62,681 bases of DNA from an uncultured Anaerolineaceae bacterium (GTDB lineage Bacteria > Chloroflexota > Anaerolineae > Anaerolineales > E44-bin32). The notes under the pieces are model-generated. The model was not told the DNA's origin and made no database searches. It worked only from the letters and a program-made list of their open reading frames with translations. Below are positions 54,933 to 62,681 of this stretch, piece after piece. Position numbers and translations under genes: made by a program. Position 1 is the first letter of the stretch. Every line of letters starts with the position of its first letter. Where the stretch lies: contig CAZEMA010000003.1 in assembly GCA_964513155.1 (NCBI GenBank), positions 1 to 62,681 on the forward strand, written 5' to 3'.

Positions 54933-56318
54933 CTACTTGGCGGCCTGACCCGCGAAGTCCGATAGGAAGCGGATCGAGGTCTCGATGCCCCGATAGAAAG
55001 TGGGCAGGTGCTGCTTCTCGTTGGGCGCATGCAGGTTGTCGTCCGGCAGGCCGAAGCCCAGGAGGAGCGAGTCGACGCCCAGGATCTCCTGGATCATGCC
55101 TACGACGGGGACCGAGCCGCCCGCCCGTTCAAAGATGGGCGGCTTGCCCCAGACGGCTTCCAGGGCCCGGCTGGCGGCCTTGACCGCGGCCGAGTCGCGC
55201 TCGACGATGGCCGGCCGGCATGAGGAATGCTCGATGAGCTCCCACTTGATGGAGGGCGGCACGTGCTGCTCCAGGTAGGCCTTCACCATCTGGCGGATGT
55301 CCTCGGGCATCTGGTCGGGGACGAGGCGCATCGAGATCTTGCCCATGGCCTTGGCGGGCAGGACGGTCTTGGAGCCTTCGCCGGTGAAGCCGCTGAGCAG
55401 GCCGTTGACATCGAAGGTGGGCCGGGCCCTGGCGCGCTCGGTGGGGGTGTAGTCGGGCTCGCCGGACAGGATGGGGGCGCCCGTCCTCTCCAGCCACCAC
55501 CGATCGTTGATCGGCAGACGGGCGAGTTCCTCGCGCTCGGCCTGGGTCAACGGGCGAACCTTGTCGTAGAAGCCGGGCAGGGTGACCCGGCCCTGGGCAT
55601 CGCGCATACCTGCGATCAGCCGGCAAAGGATCGTTGCCGGGTTCTCAACGACGCCGCCAAACGAGCCCGAATGGAGATCGGTGGCGGGGCCCTGGAGGCG
55701 AATCTCAAGGTACGCGAGGCCACGCAGGGCGTAGGTGAGGGAGGGGGTGTCGGCGGCGAAGACCCCAGAGTCGCCGTTGAGGCAAACGTCGCAGGTGAAG
55801 CGGTCCTTGTTCTGGCGGATGAACGCTTCCAGACTGGGGGAGCCGATCTCCTCCTCTCCTTCGACCAGGTACTTGAGATTGACGGGGATGCCGGTGGTGC
55901 GGGCGAGGGATTCGACGGCCTTGAGGTGCGCCACAAGCTGGCCCTTCATGTCGGAGGCGCCGCGGGCGAAGAGATCGTCGCCGCGCTCTTGGGGGTCGAA
56001 GGGATCGCTCTTCCACAGGTCGATCGGGTCGACCGGCTGGACATCATAGTGGCCATAGTAGAGCAGGGTGGGCGCGCTCGAACCGGCCTTCAACCACTCG
56101 CCCGTGACGACGGGATGCTTGGCCGTGGGCAGGATGGCGACCTGGTCGAATCCGAAGGAGCGCAACTGGTGGGCGATCCAGGCGGCAGTCTCCTTCATCG
56201 CAGGGATGCGTTCCACGTCGGTAGAGATCGAGGGGATGCGGATGATGGACTTCAGGTCATCGAGGAAGGCAGATCTGTGTTCGCGGGCGTAGGCGAGCGC
56301 GGCGTCGGGACTTGGCAT
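54933..56318 (-). CDS. M20-family metallopeptidase (dipeptidase-like)
   Basis: YGHYDVQP, RGASDMKG, and EGEEEIGSP motifs. Confidence 0.8.
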   Translation of the reverse strand: MPSPDAALAYAREHRSAFLDDLKSIIRIPSISTDVERIPAMKETAAWIAHQLRSFGFDQVAILPTAKHPVVTGEWLKAGSSAPTLLYYGHYDVQPVDPIDLWKSDPFDPQERGDDLFARGASDMKGQLVAHLKAVESLARTTGIPVNLKYLVEGEEEIGSPSLEAFIRQNKDRFTCDVCLNGDSGVFAADTPSLTYALRGLAYLEIRLQGPATDLHSGSFGGVVENPATILCRLIAGMRDAQGRVTLPGFYDKVRPLTQAEREELARLPINDRWWLERTGAPILSGEPDYTPTERARARPTFDVNGLLSGFTGEGSKTVLPAKAMGKISMRLVPDQMPEDIRQMVKAYLEQHVPPSIKWELIEHSSCRPAIVERDSAAVKAASRALEAVWGKPPIFERAGGSVPVVGMIQEILGVDSLLLGFGLPDDNLHAPNEKQHLPTFYRGIETSIRFLSDFAGQAAK

Positions 56319-56461
56319 GGGACAACTCCTGGGAATCCAATTGGCCTCAGGTCGGCATCGCCGGTCTCTCGGCAGGCGGACCGGCAGGTCAGGCTCCGGC
56401 GGCCAGCCCAGCGCGCCATGCGGCGGCGTGTGGTGATACCAGAATGGTGCGGAGCGAGATC

Positions 56462-56467
56462 ATTATA
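56462..56467 (-). promoter_or_regulatory. -10 box TATAAT (minus strand) upstream of the M20 peptidase gene
   Basis: About 145 nt upstream of ATG 56318. Confidence 0.35.
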
Positions 56468-56938
56468 GCCTGCCTGGAGAGGAGGGCCAAGGGCATTCGA
56501 AGCCTCTTGAATTCGTGGCATGCACTGTCTCCAGGTAAGCCCGCTGGGCTGTCTGTTCCCCCATGACGTGGAGCCTGGTTGTGGTGCGCCCACCGAGCCG
56601 CTTGGGGCACGGCGGGGAGGGGGCGGCTGTGCGAGGTATGCCTGCCCGAGGCGGTCTTGCCCTCCTCGCGGATTCGCGGGAAAGGCCCAATGATGGACGT
56701 TGATGTCGAAAGAGGGCGGCAGGAATCTGGCTCTCGGCCGGCTCGCCAGGGCGCGGGATCTCCCGGGAATCGGGCTGCGCATAGCCAGATCCAACGTGCA
56801 TAGGTGGGCCCCATCGCGCGTGGATGCGGCATCTGTGGGGTCTTACAGGGGTCGGCTGCTCGACTGCAACCCGCGAGAAGGGGCGTGATTGCCGACGTTG
56901 TGGTCTCAGCGGCTGGCGCAGCACTGGACAGGCTGGTT

Positions 56939-56944
56939 TATAAT
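56939..56944 (+). promoter_or_regulatory. Orphan -10 box TATAAT with no gene start within about 500 nt
   Basis: A perfect TATAAT in GC-rich DNA. The next convincing start is the regulator ATG at 57462. Confidence 0.35.
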
Positions 56945-57461
56945 GAGGTCGGTTGCGGCAGCTGGGGGCTTCGCCACGGTCGCGGCGGGGGCGCTGGCTG
57001 CCGACTGTGTGTTCGCGCCTATGCGAACGTGTTGCCTGGGTCGCTATCTGGAGGTGGTGCTGAGGATCGATCCGGTGAAGCAGGAAAGTCGGACGATAGG
57101 GTTGTAGATCCGGAGCGTCGGACCAAGAAGGCTCGTCTTGCCTGCGTTCAGGTCCAGCCGAAATGGGAGGCCGGGCATGTCAGGTGGATCATCCCACTGA
57201 CGCCCGTTCGAGGTCCTCTGTCATGCGCGCTGCCCGTGCTGGACGGCAGGGGAGTCGAGATCGCCAGTGCCCATGTGGTGGAATGCTTCGACACCGAAAT
57301 GGACCTGACGTTGCGTTTCAGCCGACCGATCGGGGGCGGCGGCTATCGTGGCTGTTCGCTGCTAGGCTTTCCGGATCAGGAACCCGTCGACCGGTCACAG
57401 GTCAGCTTCGCTCTGGCCGACCCACCGGACGTCGGACCCCGGCGGGCTTCCGCCTGAGGCC

Positions 57462-60400
57462 ATGATGCTCGACTCGGTCCTCAAGCACGCCATCACGCCT
57501 CCGAGCTTCGACCCCACCAGACTCCACCGCGAGCGTCTGGTGGACGCCATTCACGCCAACATCCCACGCAAGCTGATTGCCATCGCCACGCCGCCGGGAT
57601 ACGGTAAGACCATGCTCTTGGCGGACTTCAGCGCGCATACCGAGCTGCCTGTCTGCTGGGTGCGGCTGACGGACGCCGACTGCGATCTGATGCGCCTGGT
57701 GACCGTCCTGGGGGCCTCATTGCAGAAGCGTTTCCGCCGCCTGCGGGGGCAGCTACCTCTGGAAAGCATGGCGGGCTCGGCGCCGGCCGGGATTGCCCGC
57801 GCCTTTGCCAGCGCCATCGACAGCCGCGTCAGCGAAGCCTTCGTCATCGCCCTGGATGACGTCCACCTGGTCAATCGGTCCAAGCCCGTCCTTGCCTTCC
57901 TGGATGCCTTCCTGGAGGTGCAGCCGGATCAGGTGACGATGATCGCCGCCGGGCGCGAGGTGATGGACGTCTCTCTTGCGCGGCTGATGGCCGAAGGTAG
58001 CCTGGCCGGGCTCGGGCCCCACGACCTGGCGCTCGACCGCAACGAGCTTATTGCGCTGGCGCGCATCCAGCAGGGCATTGAGCTGGATGAGGACCACGCC
58101 GCCAAGCTCCTCGACGAGACGCGGGGATGGATCACCGGGGTTCTCCTGTCGGGCATGCTCTCCGGCCACGCCCTGGGTGAGTTAATGCAGGGCGCCCGGC
58201 CGATGGTGTACGAGTATCTGGCCTCGGTCGTGCTCAACCGGCAGCCGGATGACCTGCGTCGCTTCATTCTGGATTCGGCTGTACTCCCCGTGATGACGGC
58301 CGATGCCTGTGATCATGTCCTTAAGCGGGCAGACAGCGACCGCTACCTGAACCGCCTGGTGCGAGGCGGGCTCTTCGTCACCGCCACGGATGAGAGCCCC
58401 CGGACCTACGAATACCATCCTCAGTTCCGGCGCTTCTTGCTGGAGTCCCTTGGCGGCAGCGATCGGGATCGGTTGAGAGGGCTCCAGGTCCGGGCCGCGG
58501 GCTATCTGGCCGATCGGGGGTCGCCGGAGCATGCCGTCGAGCTGTTCATGGCGGCGGGCGCTGTCCGGCGGGCGGCGGGCCAGGCCGAGAAACATGCGGC
58601 CGCCATGTTCCGCGCCGGTCGCACCCAGACGTTGGCCACCTGGGCGGAGCGGCTGCAGCAGGCGCGGGCTATCGCGCCCAAGGTCTTCCTCCACCTGGCC
58701 ATGGCCTACACCGATCAGGGCAACTTGGAGGCAGCCGAGGCGGCCCTAGATCGGGCTCAAGCCGCGCTCGAGGGCAGCTCGTCCAAGGTCCTGATGGGCG
58801 CGGCCGACAATCAGCGGGGGCTGATCGCCTTCCGCCGCGGACGGTATAGGGAGACGCTGGAGGCCGTCGAGGAGGCAAACCGCCATCTGGCGGGCCACCG
58901 CGATCGTCAGCAGAGGGCCATCTCACTCCGCCTGGCGGCACTGGCGACCGCCCGCGAGAAGGGCGCGCTGGCGGATGCTGAGGGAATGCTGACCGAAGCC
59001 ATCGACCTGCTCAACCGGACCACCGACCGCTACGTCCTGACCACCGTTCTGGCCGATCTTTCGACAATTCAGACTTCCCTGGGGAAAGCCCACGAGGCCT
59101 ATGCCACCAGCCTGAGGGCGCACGAGATCCTCCAGGGCGTGGGGGCTCCCTACCCGTTGGCCACCTCGCTCAACAACCTCGCTGTCGACGCCCACATCCA
59201 GGGACGGTACGTAGAGGCGATGGAGCTTTTCACCGAGGCTGCCAAGTACGCGCGGCAGGCAGGCAGCCCCTACCGCGAGGCAATCGTCCTGTTCGGCCAG
59301 GCGGACCTCTTCGCTGACCTTGACCTGGCGCTTCAGTCTGCGGAGCTCTACGCTCAGGCCCTTGCCCTGGCGACCCAGCTGGACAACACGGGCCTGCTGC
59401 GCTACGGCTGTGTCCAGAGCGGCATTCTGCACCGCCGGCGTGGCGGGGCCAGCCTTGCGCACGAGTGGTTGCGACGCGCCCGCTCACTCGAGGAAGGCAC
59501 TGTGCCTCCCGTGGCGGTTGAGATTGAGACGGCCGCACTGGAGGTGAGCGCCGCGCCTCAGCGTGCCACGTCTCGTCTCCAGAGACTCCTGGGCGACGGC
59601 GGCGCGACGCTCGACGCCAGCGAGAGAACACTGGTCCGTTACTTCCTCGCCAGGGCTGCCCTAGCCTCAGAGGCCGCGGAGGAGGCTGTCTCCCTGTTGG
59701 AGGAGGCCCTCACCTGGGCCGGGGCCCATGGGTCCGAACAGCTTCTGGCCGGGGAAATGGCCTTCGACCCCGAGTTGCGTGAGTTTGCCCGCCGCAATCT
59801 GGCTGGCAACCCAGTGCTCTCCGTCGTCCTCCACCGGATTGAGATGATGCGGGTCGTCGCTCAGCAGCACCAGCAGGAACCGGCGGAAGCTGAAAGCACC
59901 GCCAACCTGGAGCTCGTCGCTCTGGGCCAGTCTGGCATGCGGCGCGGCGGCAAACGCCTGACCGAGATCAAGCCCTTGGCTCGGGAAGTGTTCTTCTACC
60001 TCGCAGACCGTCAACCCGTTGAGCGAGACGTGATGTTAGAGACCTTCTGGCCGCACTACAACCCCGGCCGACAGATCTCCAACCTCCACACTGCGATCTA
60101 CACGTTGCGCCGCCTGCTGGGCAAGGAGGCGATTCAGCAGTCTGGCACGGTCTACAGTCTGAACGCGGACCTGCCTCTGGATTACGACGTGGTTCGTTTC
60201 GAACGAGCGGCCGAGGTGGCCCAGAGTCTGCCGCCCGGTGATCCTCGCAAGTTGTTCGCCCTGACCGCGGCCATCAACTCCTATGGTGGCCAGTTCCTTC
60301 CGGACTACGCCTCGGAGTGGGTGTTGGAGCGCCGGCGTAGCCTGGAAATGCTGTACCTGGATCTCCTGGCGAGCCACGCCGACGAAGCCATGGTCCGGGA

Positions 60401-60617
60401 TCAGCCGCTGCGGGCGGTCGGCACGCTACGCCAGGCGCTGGAGATCGACCCCCTGCGAGACGACACCAATCTGCGTTTTCTCGAAGCTCTGGGACGCCTG
60501 GGCCGCCGCAGCGAGATGGTCGCTCACTACCAACGTTATGTCCGACTGCTTTCTGAGGAACTGGGGCTGGATCCGCCGGAGACGGTGCGACAACTCTATG
60601 CTCGTCTGATCGGTTGA
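57462..60617 (+). CDS. Large STAND-type regulator: MalT-like P-loop NTPase + TPR-like repeats + C-terminal winged-helix/BTAD (SARP-type) module
   Basis: N-terminus RERLVDAI......IATPPGYGKTMLLADF...PVCWVRLTDADCD is MalT-like. The C-terminus LELVALGQSGMRRGGKRL...REVFFYLA...FWP....GRQISNLHTAIYTLRRLLG...LDYDVVRFE...GQFLPD....W....R..L...YLD.L...A...GR.SEMVAHYQRYVRLLSEELGLDP has wHTH+BTAD signatures. Confidence 0.75.
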   Translation: MMLDSVLKHAITPPSFDPTRLHRERLVDAIHANIPRKLIAIATPPGYGKTMLLADFSAHTELPVCWVRLTDADCDLMRLVTVLGASLQKRFRRLRGQLPLESMAGSAPAGIARAFASAIDSRVSEAFVIALDDVHLVNRSKPVLAFLDAFLEVQPDQVTMIAAGREVMDVSLARLMAEGSLAGLGPHDLALDRNELIALARIQQGIELDEDHAAKLLDETRGWITGVLLSGMLSGHALGELMQGARPMVYEYLASVVLNRQPDDLRRFILDSAVLPVMTADACDHVLKRADSDRYLNRLVRGGLFVTATDESPRTYEYHPQFRRFLLESLGGSDRDRLRGLQVRAAGYLADRGSPEHAVELFMAAGAVRRAAGQAEKHAAAMFRAGRTQTLATWAERLQQARAIAPKVFLHLAMAYTDQGNLEAAEAALDRAQAALEGSSSKVLMGAADNQRGLIAFRRGRYRETLEAVEEANRHLAGHRDRQQRAISLRLAALATAREKGALADAEGMLTEAIDLLNRTTDRYVLTTVLADLSTIQTSLGKAHEAYATSLRAHEILQGVGAPYPLATSLNNLAVDAHIQGRYVEAMELFTEAAKYARQAGSPYREAIVLFGQADLFADLDLALQSAELYAQALALATQLDNTGLLRYGCVQSGILHRRRGGASLAHEWLRRARSLEEGTVPPVAVEIETAALEVSAAPQRATSRLQRLLGDGGATLDASERTLVRYFLARAALASEAAEEAVSLLEEALTWAGAHGSEQLLAGEMAFDPELREFARRNLAGNPVLSVVLHRIEMMRVVAQQHQQEPAEAESTANLELVALGQSGMRRGGKRLTEIKPLAREVFFYLADRQPVERDVMLETFWPHYNPGRQISNLHTAIYTLRRLLGKEAIQQSGTVYSLNADLPLDYDVVRFERAAEVAQSLPPGDPRKLFALTAAINSYGGQFLPDYASEWVLERRRSLEMLYLDLLASHADEAMVRDQPLRAVGTLRQALEIDPLRDDTNLRFLEALGRLGRRSEMVAHYQRYVRLLSEELGLDPPETVRQLYARLIG

Positions 60618-60618
60618 G

Positions 60619-60655
60619 GCCCGCCAGCGTCCGGCGGGCTCACCCGGCACGGGTG
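60619..60655 (+). terminator. Two consecutive GC hairpins right after the regulator stop
   Basis: GCCCGCC-AGCGTCC-GGCGGGC, then CACCCG-GCA-CGGGTG. Confidence 0.45.
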
Positions 60656-60904
60656 GGTTCGGAGACGCTGGCCAGAGGAAGCCGGAGGGAGGGGCCTGGC
60701 CGTGGTCCACTGCGCGTACGGATGGCTCGTGCTTTGCCCATTGGGCGGACCCAAGAGCGTGCGGCTCTCGGGTTACGTTCGGTTTCTGTCGGATTCAAGT
60801 CCTGGACCTGTTGCCTGGCGTTGAGAATCCGTTGAGAGGGCCGATGTATCCTAAGGCCAGAGTGGTTCGTACGCAACGGAGGTTGCTATGTTGGCATTAC
60901 GCTG

Positions 60905-60988
60905 CCCAAAGGACGGAGGCGGGTCATGCCGAGCCCCCAAGGATGGCGGGGGGTCGTGCTGATCCCCGGAGGGATGGGGTAGGATTGA
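60905..60988 (+). repeat. Three imperfect tandem direct repeats, period 29-30 bp
   Basis: CCCAAAGGACGGAGGCGGGTCATGC (60905) / CCCCAAGGATGGCGGGGGGTCGTGC (60935) / CCCCGGAGGGATGGGGTAGGATTGA (60964). Confidence 0.6.
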
Positions 60989-61172
60989 GGTAGCGCCCCG
61001 ACCACGGGGATACCGCTGAACCTCAGGCGGATTGCGGCGGCAGCACTGAGAGGTTCTGTCGCCGGAACGAACAGGCGAGTTTCAACGCAGCCCAGCGTCC
61101 GGCAGCGAGGCGTATGTGTCCCGCTGCCTTTCGTTTGCCAGAGAAACCGGCTATCGCGAAAGAGGTGTCAAG

Positions 61173-61463
61173 ATGTCGATGCAATCGCTCAACCAGCTTG
61201 TGGCACGTTCGATTATCGATCCAGGCGTCGTCCAGGCATTCGCCGCCGGCCAGATCGGGGAGGTCCTGTCGGACCTGGACTTCTCCCCAGAGATGCGGGC
61301 CCGGTTGGCAGGCCTGAAGGCCGAGACTTGGGCGGAGTACGCGGTGCTGGCTTATCGCGTGGTCCGCGCCGCCGCTCAGCCTGTTGCCCGGATCCAGCTG
61401 CCATCTCCTGCCGAAGGCCTGCTGCCTGACGAAGCCCGGGTTAGCAAGCGGCGTGTCGCATGA
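61173..61463 (+). CDS. 96-aa helical protein resembling NHLP-clan (Os1348 / Franean1_4349-type) domains
   Basis: ATG 61173 follows a GAAAGAGG RBS. LNQLVARSIIDPGVVQAFAAGQIGEVLSDLDFSPEMRARLAGLKAETWAEYA follows the L..li.Ra..D..f...l......al....Ls.ee...L pattern. This is a low-confidence family call. Confidence 0.45.
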   Translation: MSMQSLNQLVARSIIDPGVVQAFAAGQIGEVLSDLDFSPEMRARLAGLKAETWAEYAVLAYRVVRAAAQPVARIQLPSPAEGLLPDEARVSKRRVA

Positions 61464-61966
61464 TTTCCATATCCCCTGAAGAGGGCCGCTGGTTCCTGCG
61501 GAACCTGGCGCGCGGCCTGACCGAGTACATGGGAGCGCTGACGCCCCCTGTACCTGTCGAGGAGTTTCTGGAACATCCTCCAGATCTCTTCGACCAGGAC
61601 CTGGGCGTGGTCAACATGTATTCCCATGTCTGGGACGCGACTTTCGCCCGGACGCCGAGCCAGCGGGGCAGCATCTTCGTGCGCATCGACCTGGCACCTG
61701 AAGAAAGACGTTTCGTCCTTGCTCGCGAGACGCTGACGGCCCTGATCACCAGTGAGCAAGGGCGTGCCCTCGGCCTTCCGGCGCTGTTCCTCTCAAGCTT
61801 GAGAGAGTGGGCAGAGTTCTTTGCCCGCCAACTGCTGGCGCCGGATCTCATGGTCGAGGTGTACCGTCAACGAGGAGGCGACGCCAAAGGACTAGCCGAT
61901 ACGTTTGTCATCCCGCCCCGCGTCGCCGCCTTGCGCTGGGAAGACCCCTCCTCCCAGACAAATTGA
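61460..61966 (+). CDS. ImmA/IrrE (M78)-like protein lacking the HExxH metal site
   Basis: The ATG overlaps the upstream stop (ATGA 61460-61463). IFVRIDLAPEERRFVLARETLTALI aligns to ...qRFtlaHElgHll with H/H replaced. Also present are EWAEFFARQLLAPDLMV (compare E.eAN.FA.elLmP) and LADTFVIPPRVAALR. Confidence 0.5.
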   Translation: MISISPEEGRWFLRNLARGLTEYMGALTPPVPVEEFLEHPPDLFDQDLGVVNMYSHVWDATFARTPSQRGSIFVRIDLAPEERRFVLARETLTALITSEQGRALGLPALFLSSLREWAEFFARQLLAPDLMVEVYRQRGGDAKGLADTFVIPPRVAALRWEDPSSQTN

Positions 61967-62075
61967 CTCCTCAGTGACACACTCCGAAGCCGGCCCTGCG
62001 GCCGGCTTCGGGCGTTCCTATGGCCTGGGCGGCACCTTCCTTGCATACCTGCCAGCGGGGAGAGGCCGCTCCAGG

Positions 62076-62081
62076 TATAAT
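62076..62081 (+). promoter_or_regulatory. -10 box TATAAT upstream of the PD40-repeat gene
   Basis: 38 nt upstream of GTG 62120. Confidence 0.35.
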
Positions 62082-62119
62082 CACCCCCGCCCGGGGTTCT
62101 CACCCCAGGCAAGGCGACC

Positions 62120-62681
62120 GTGACCGAGCAAGAGGTGAAAGTCCAATCCACCCAACCAGGGCCGGATCTGAGGCAACCTGCTTGGCGCTTCCGGTGGTTT
62201 CTGGCCCTGATTGTCGCAACCGTGGGCGTGCTGGCGGCCCTGGCTCTGACCGTCCAGCGGGAATTCTACACGCCGACGCTCGATCCCACCCTCCTCGCTT
62301 TGGCCACCGCTCTTGGCCAGACACAGATCGCCGCCCAGGTCGCGCCCTCCCAGACTCCAAGCCCTTCGGCCACGAACGCCCCCACACGGCAGGCGGCCTT
62401 CGGCACGATCGTCTACGCTGCCCACTTCGAAGGTCGCAGCCATCTGTGGGCCTGCGCCCCGGGCGACTCGCGTCCCATTCAACTGACCTCGGGAGACTTC
62501 GACGATCGCGATCCCGCCCTTAGCCCCGATGGCCAGTGGCTGGCCTTCGCCTCCCATCGCGACGGCAACTGGGATCTCTACATGCTCAACCTTCATTCGG
62601 GTGAGGTTGCCAGGCTGACGAATACGCCCGGCTTTGAGGCTCATCCGACCTGGTCGCCGGATGGCCAGTGGATTGCCTATG
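62120..62681 (+). CDS. Membrane-anchored PD40/TolB-like beta-propeller repeat protein (3' end lies outside the window)
   Basis: My own translation is VTEQEVKV...WRFRWFLALIVATVGVLAALAL (a TM segment), followed by PD40 repeats DPALSPDGQWLAFASHRDGNWDLYMLNL and HPTWSPDGQWIAY. The frame is open to the window end. Confidence 0.65.
   Translation, partial: MTEQEVKVQSTQPGPDLRQPAWRFRWFLALIVATVGVLAALALTVQREFYTPTLDPTLLALATALGQTQIAAQVAPSQTPSPSATNAPTRQAAFGTIVYAAHFEGRSHLWACAPGDSRPIQLTSGDFDDRDPALSPDGQWLAFASHRDGNWDLYMLNLHSGEVARLTNTPGFEAHPTWSPDGQWIAY

Noticed and set aside
57060-57125. Resemblance of AGCAGGAAAGTCGGACGATAGGG to the RNase P CR-I region (GAGGAAAGUCCGGGCUCCAUAGGG), and of GATCCGGTGAAGCAGG to the SRP RNA domain IV motif
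   Set aside because: The matches are partial. The other universally conserved RNase P blocks (for example GGUGCGGUAAGAGCGCACC and ACAGAACCCGGCUUA) and the SRP symmetric-loop context are absent on either strand.
56804-57457. 217-aa ORF upstream of the STAND regulator
   Set aside because: Most of it is Gly/Arg/Ala-rich and overlaps the structured segment. It has no RBS and no plausible start near the only protein-like part (57236-57457). I keep it only as a possibility inside the non-coding-region finding.
60905-60988. Possible CRISPR array
   Set aside because: There are only three imperfect repeats, directly adjacent with no spacers, and no cas genes. Tandem operator-like repeats explain them better.

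Overview
This is a GC-rich bacterial chromosomal segment. A Chloroflexota-like origin is only a low-confidence guess from gene content. I saw no rRNA, CRISPR array, transposase, integrase or phage genes. I call about 64 protein genes, one tRNA (tRNA-Gln, anticodon CUG), a small family of CTAG-bounded inverted-repeat (MITE-like) elements, several GC hairpins, and many isolated TATAAT-like -10 boxes that stand out against the GC-rich background. Most of the window is housekeeping: apgM / yvcK-like / gap / pgk; a Ser/Thr kinase; an RsbV-RsbW-RsbU-like partner-switching module; upp; polyprenyl synthase; tatD; PGM/PMM; rpsF-ssb-rpsR; a parvulin PPIase; relA/spoT; moeA; secG; prfB with its programmed +1 frameshift; ftsY; gltX; the mreBCD-mrdA-minCDE-rodA shape and division cluster; tilS; glnA; a tRNA-modification operon (thiS-like, ttuA-like, queF, yhhQ); DUF1385; and an M20 peptidase. 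Two accessory-looking loci are the best candidates for something undescribed. (1) 32437-38179, minus strand, next to tRNA-Gln: an ArsR-headed, translationally coupled operon encoding a GcvH-like carrier, two DGC Cys proteins, an unknown protein, OsmC, a Trx-like protein and ACR3. It has no recognisable arsenate reductase and is followed by four small Cys-rich ORFs, one of them a metallothionein-like DUF5320 protein. (2) 56468-61966: about 0.9 kb of apparently non-coding, structured DNA behind a lone TATAAT, then a STAND-ATPase/TPR regulator with a C-terminal SARP (wHTH+BTAD) module, three roughly 30-bp tandem direct repeats, and a coupled gene pair (an NHLP/Os1348-like helical protein plus an ImmA/IrrE-like protein lacking HExxH). 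All functional calls come from motif recognition by eye. No database search was run.
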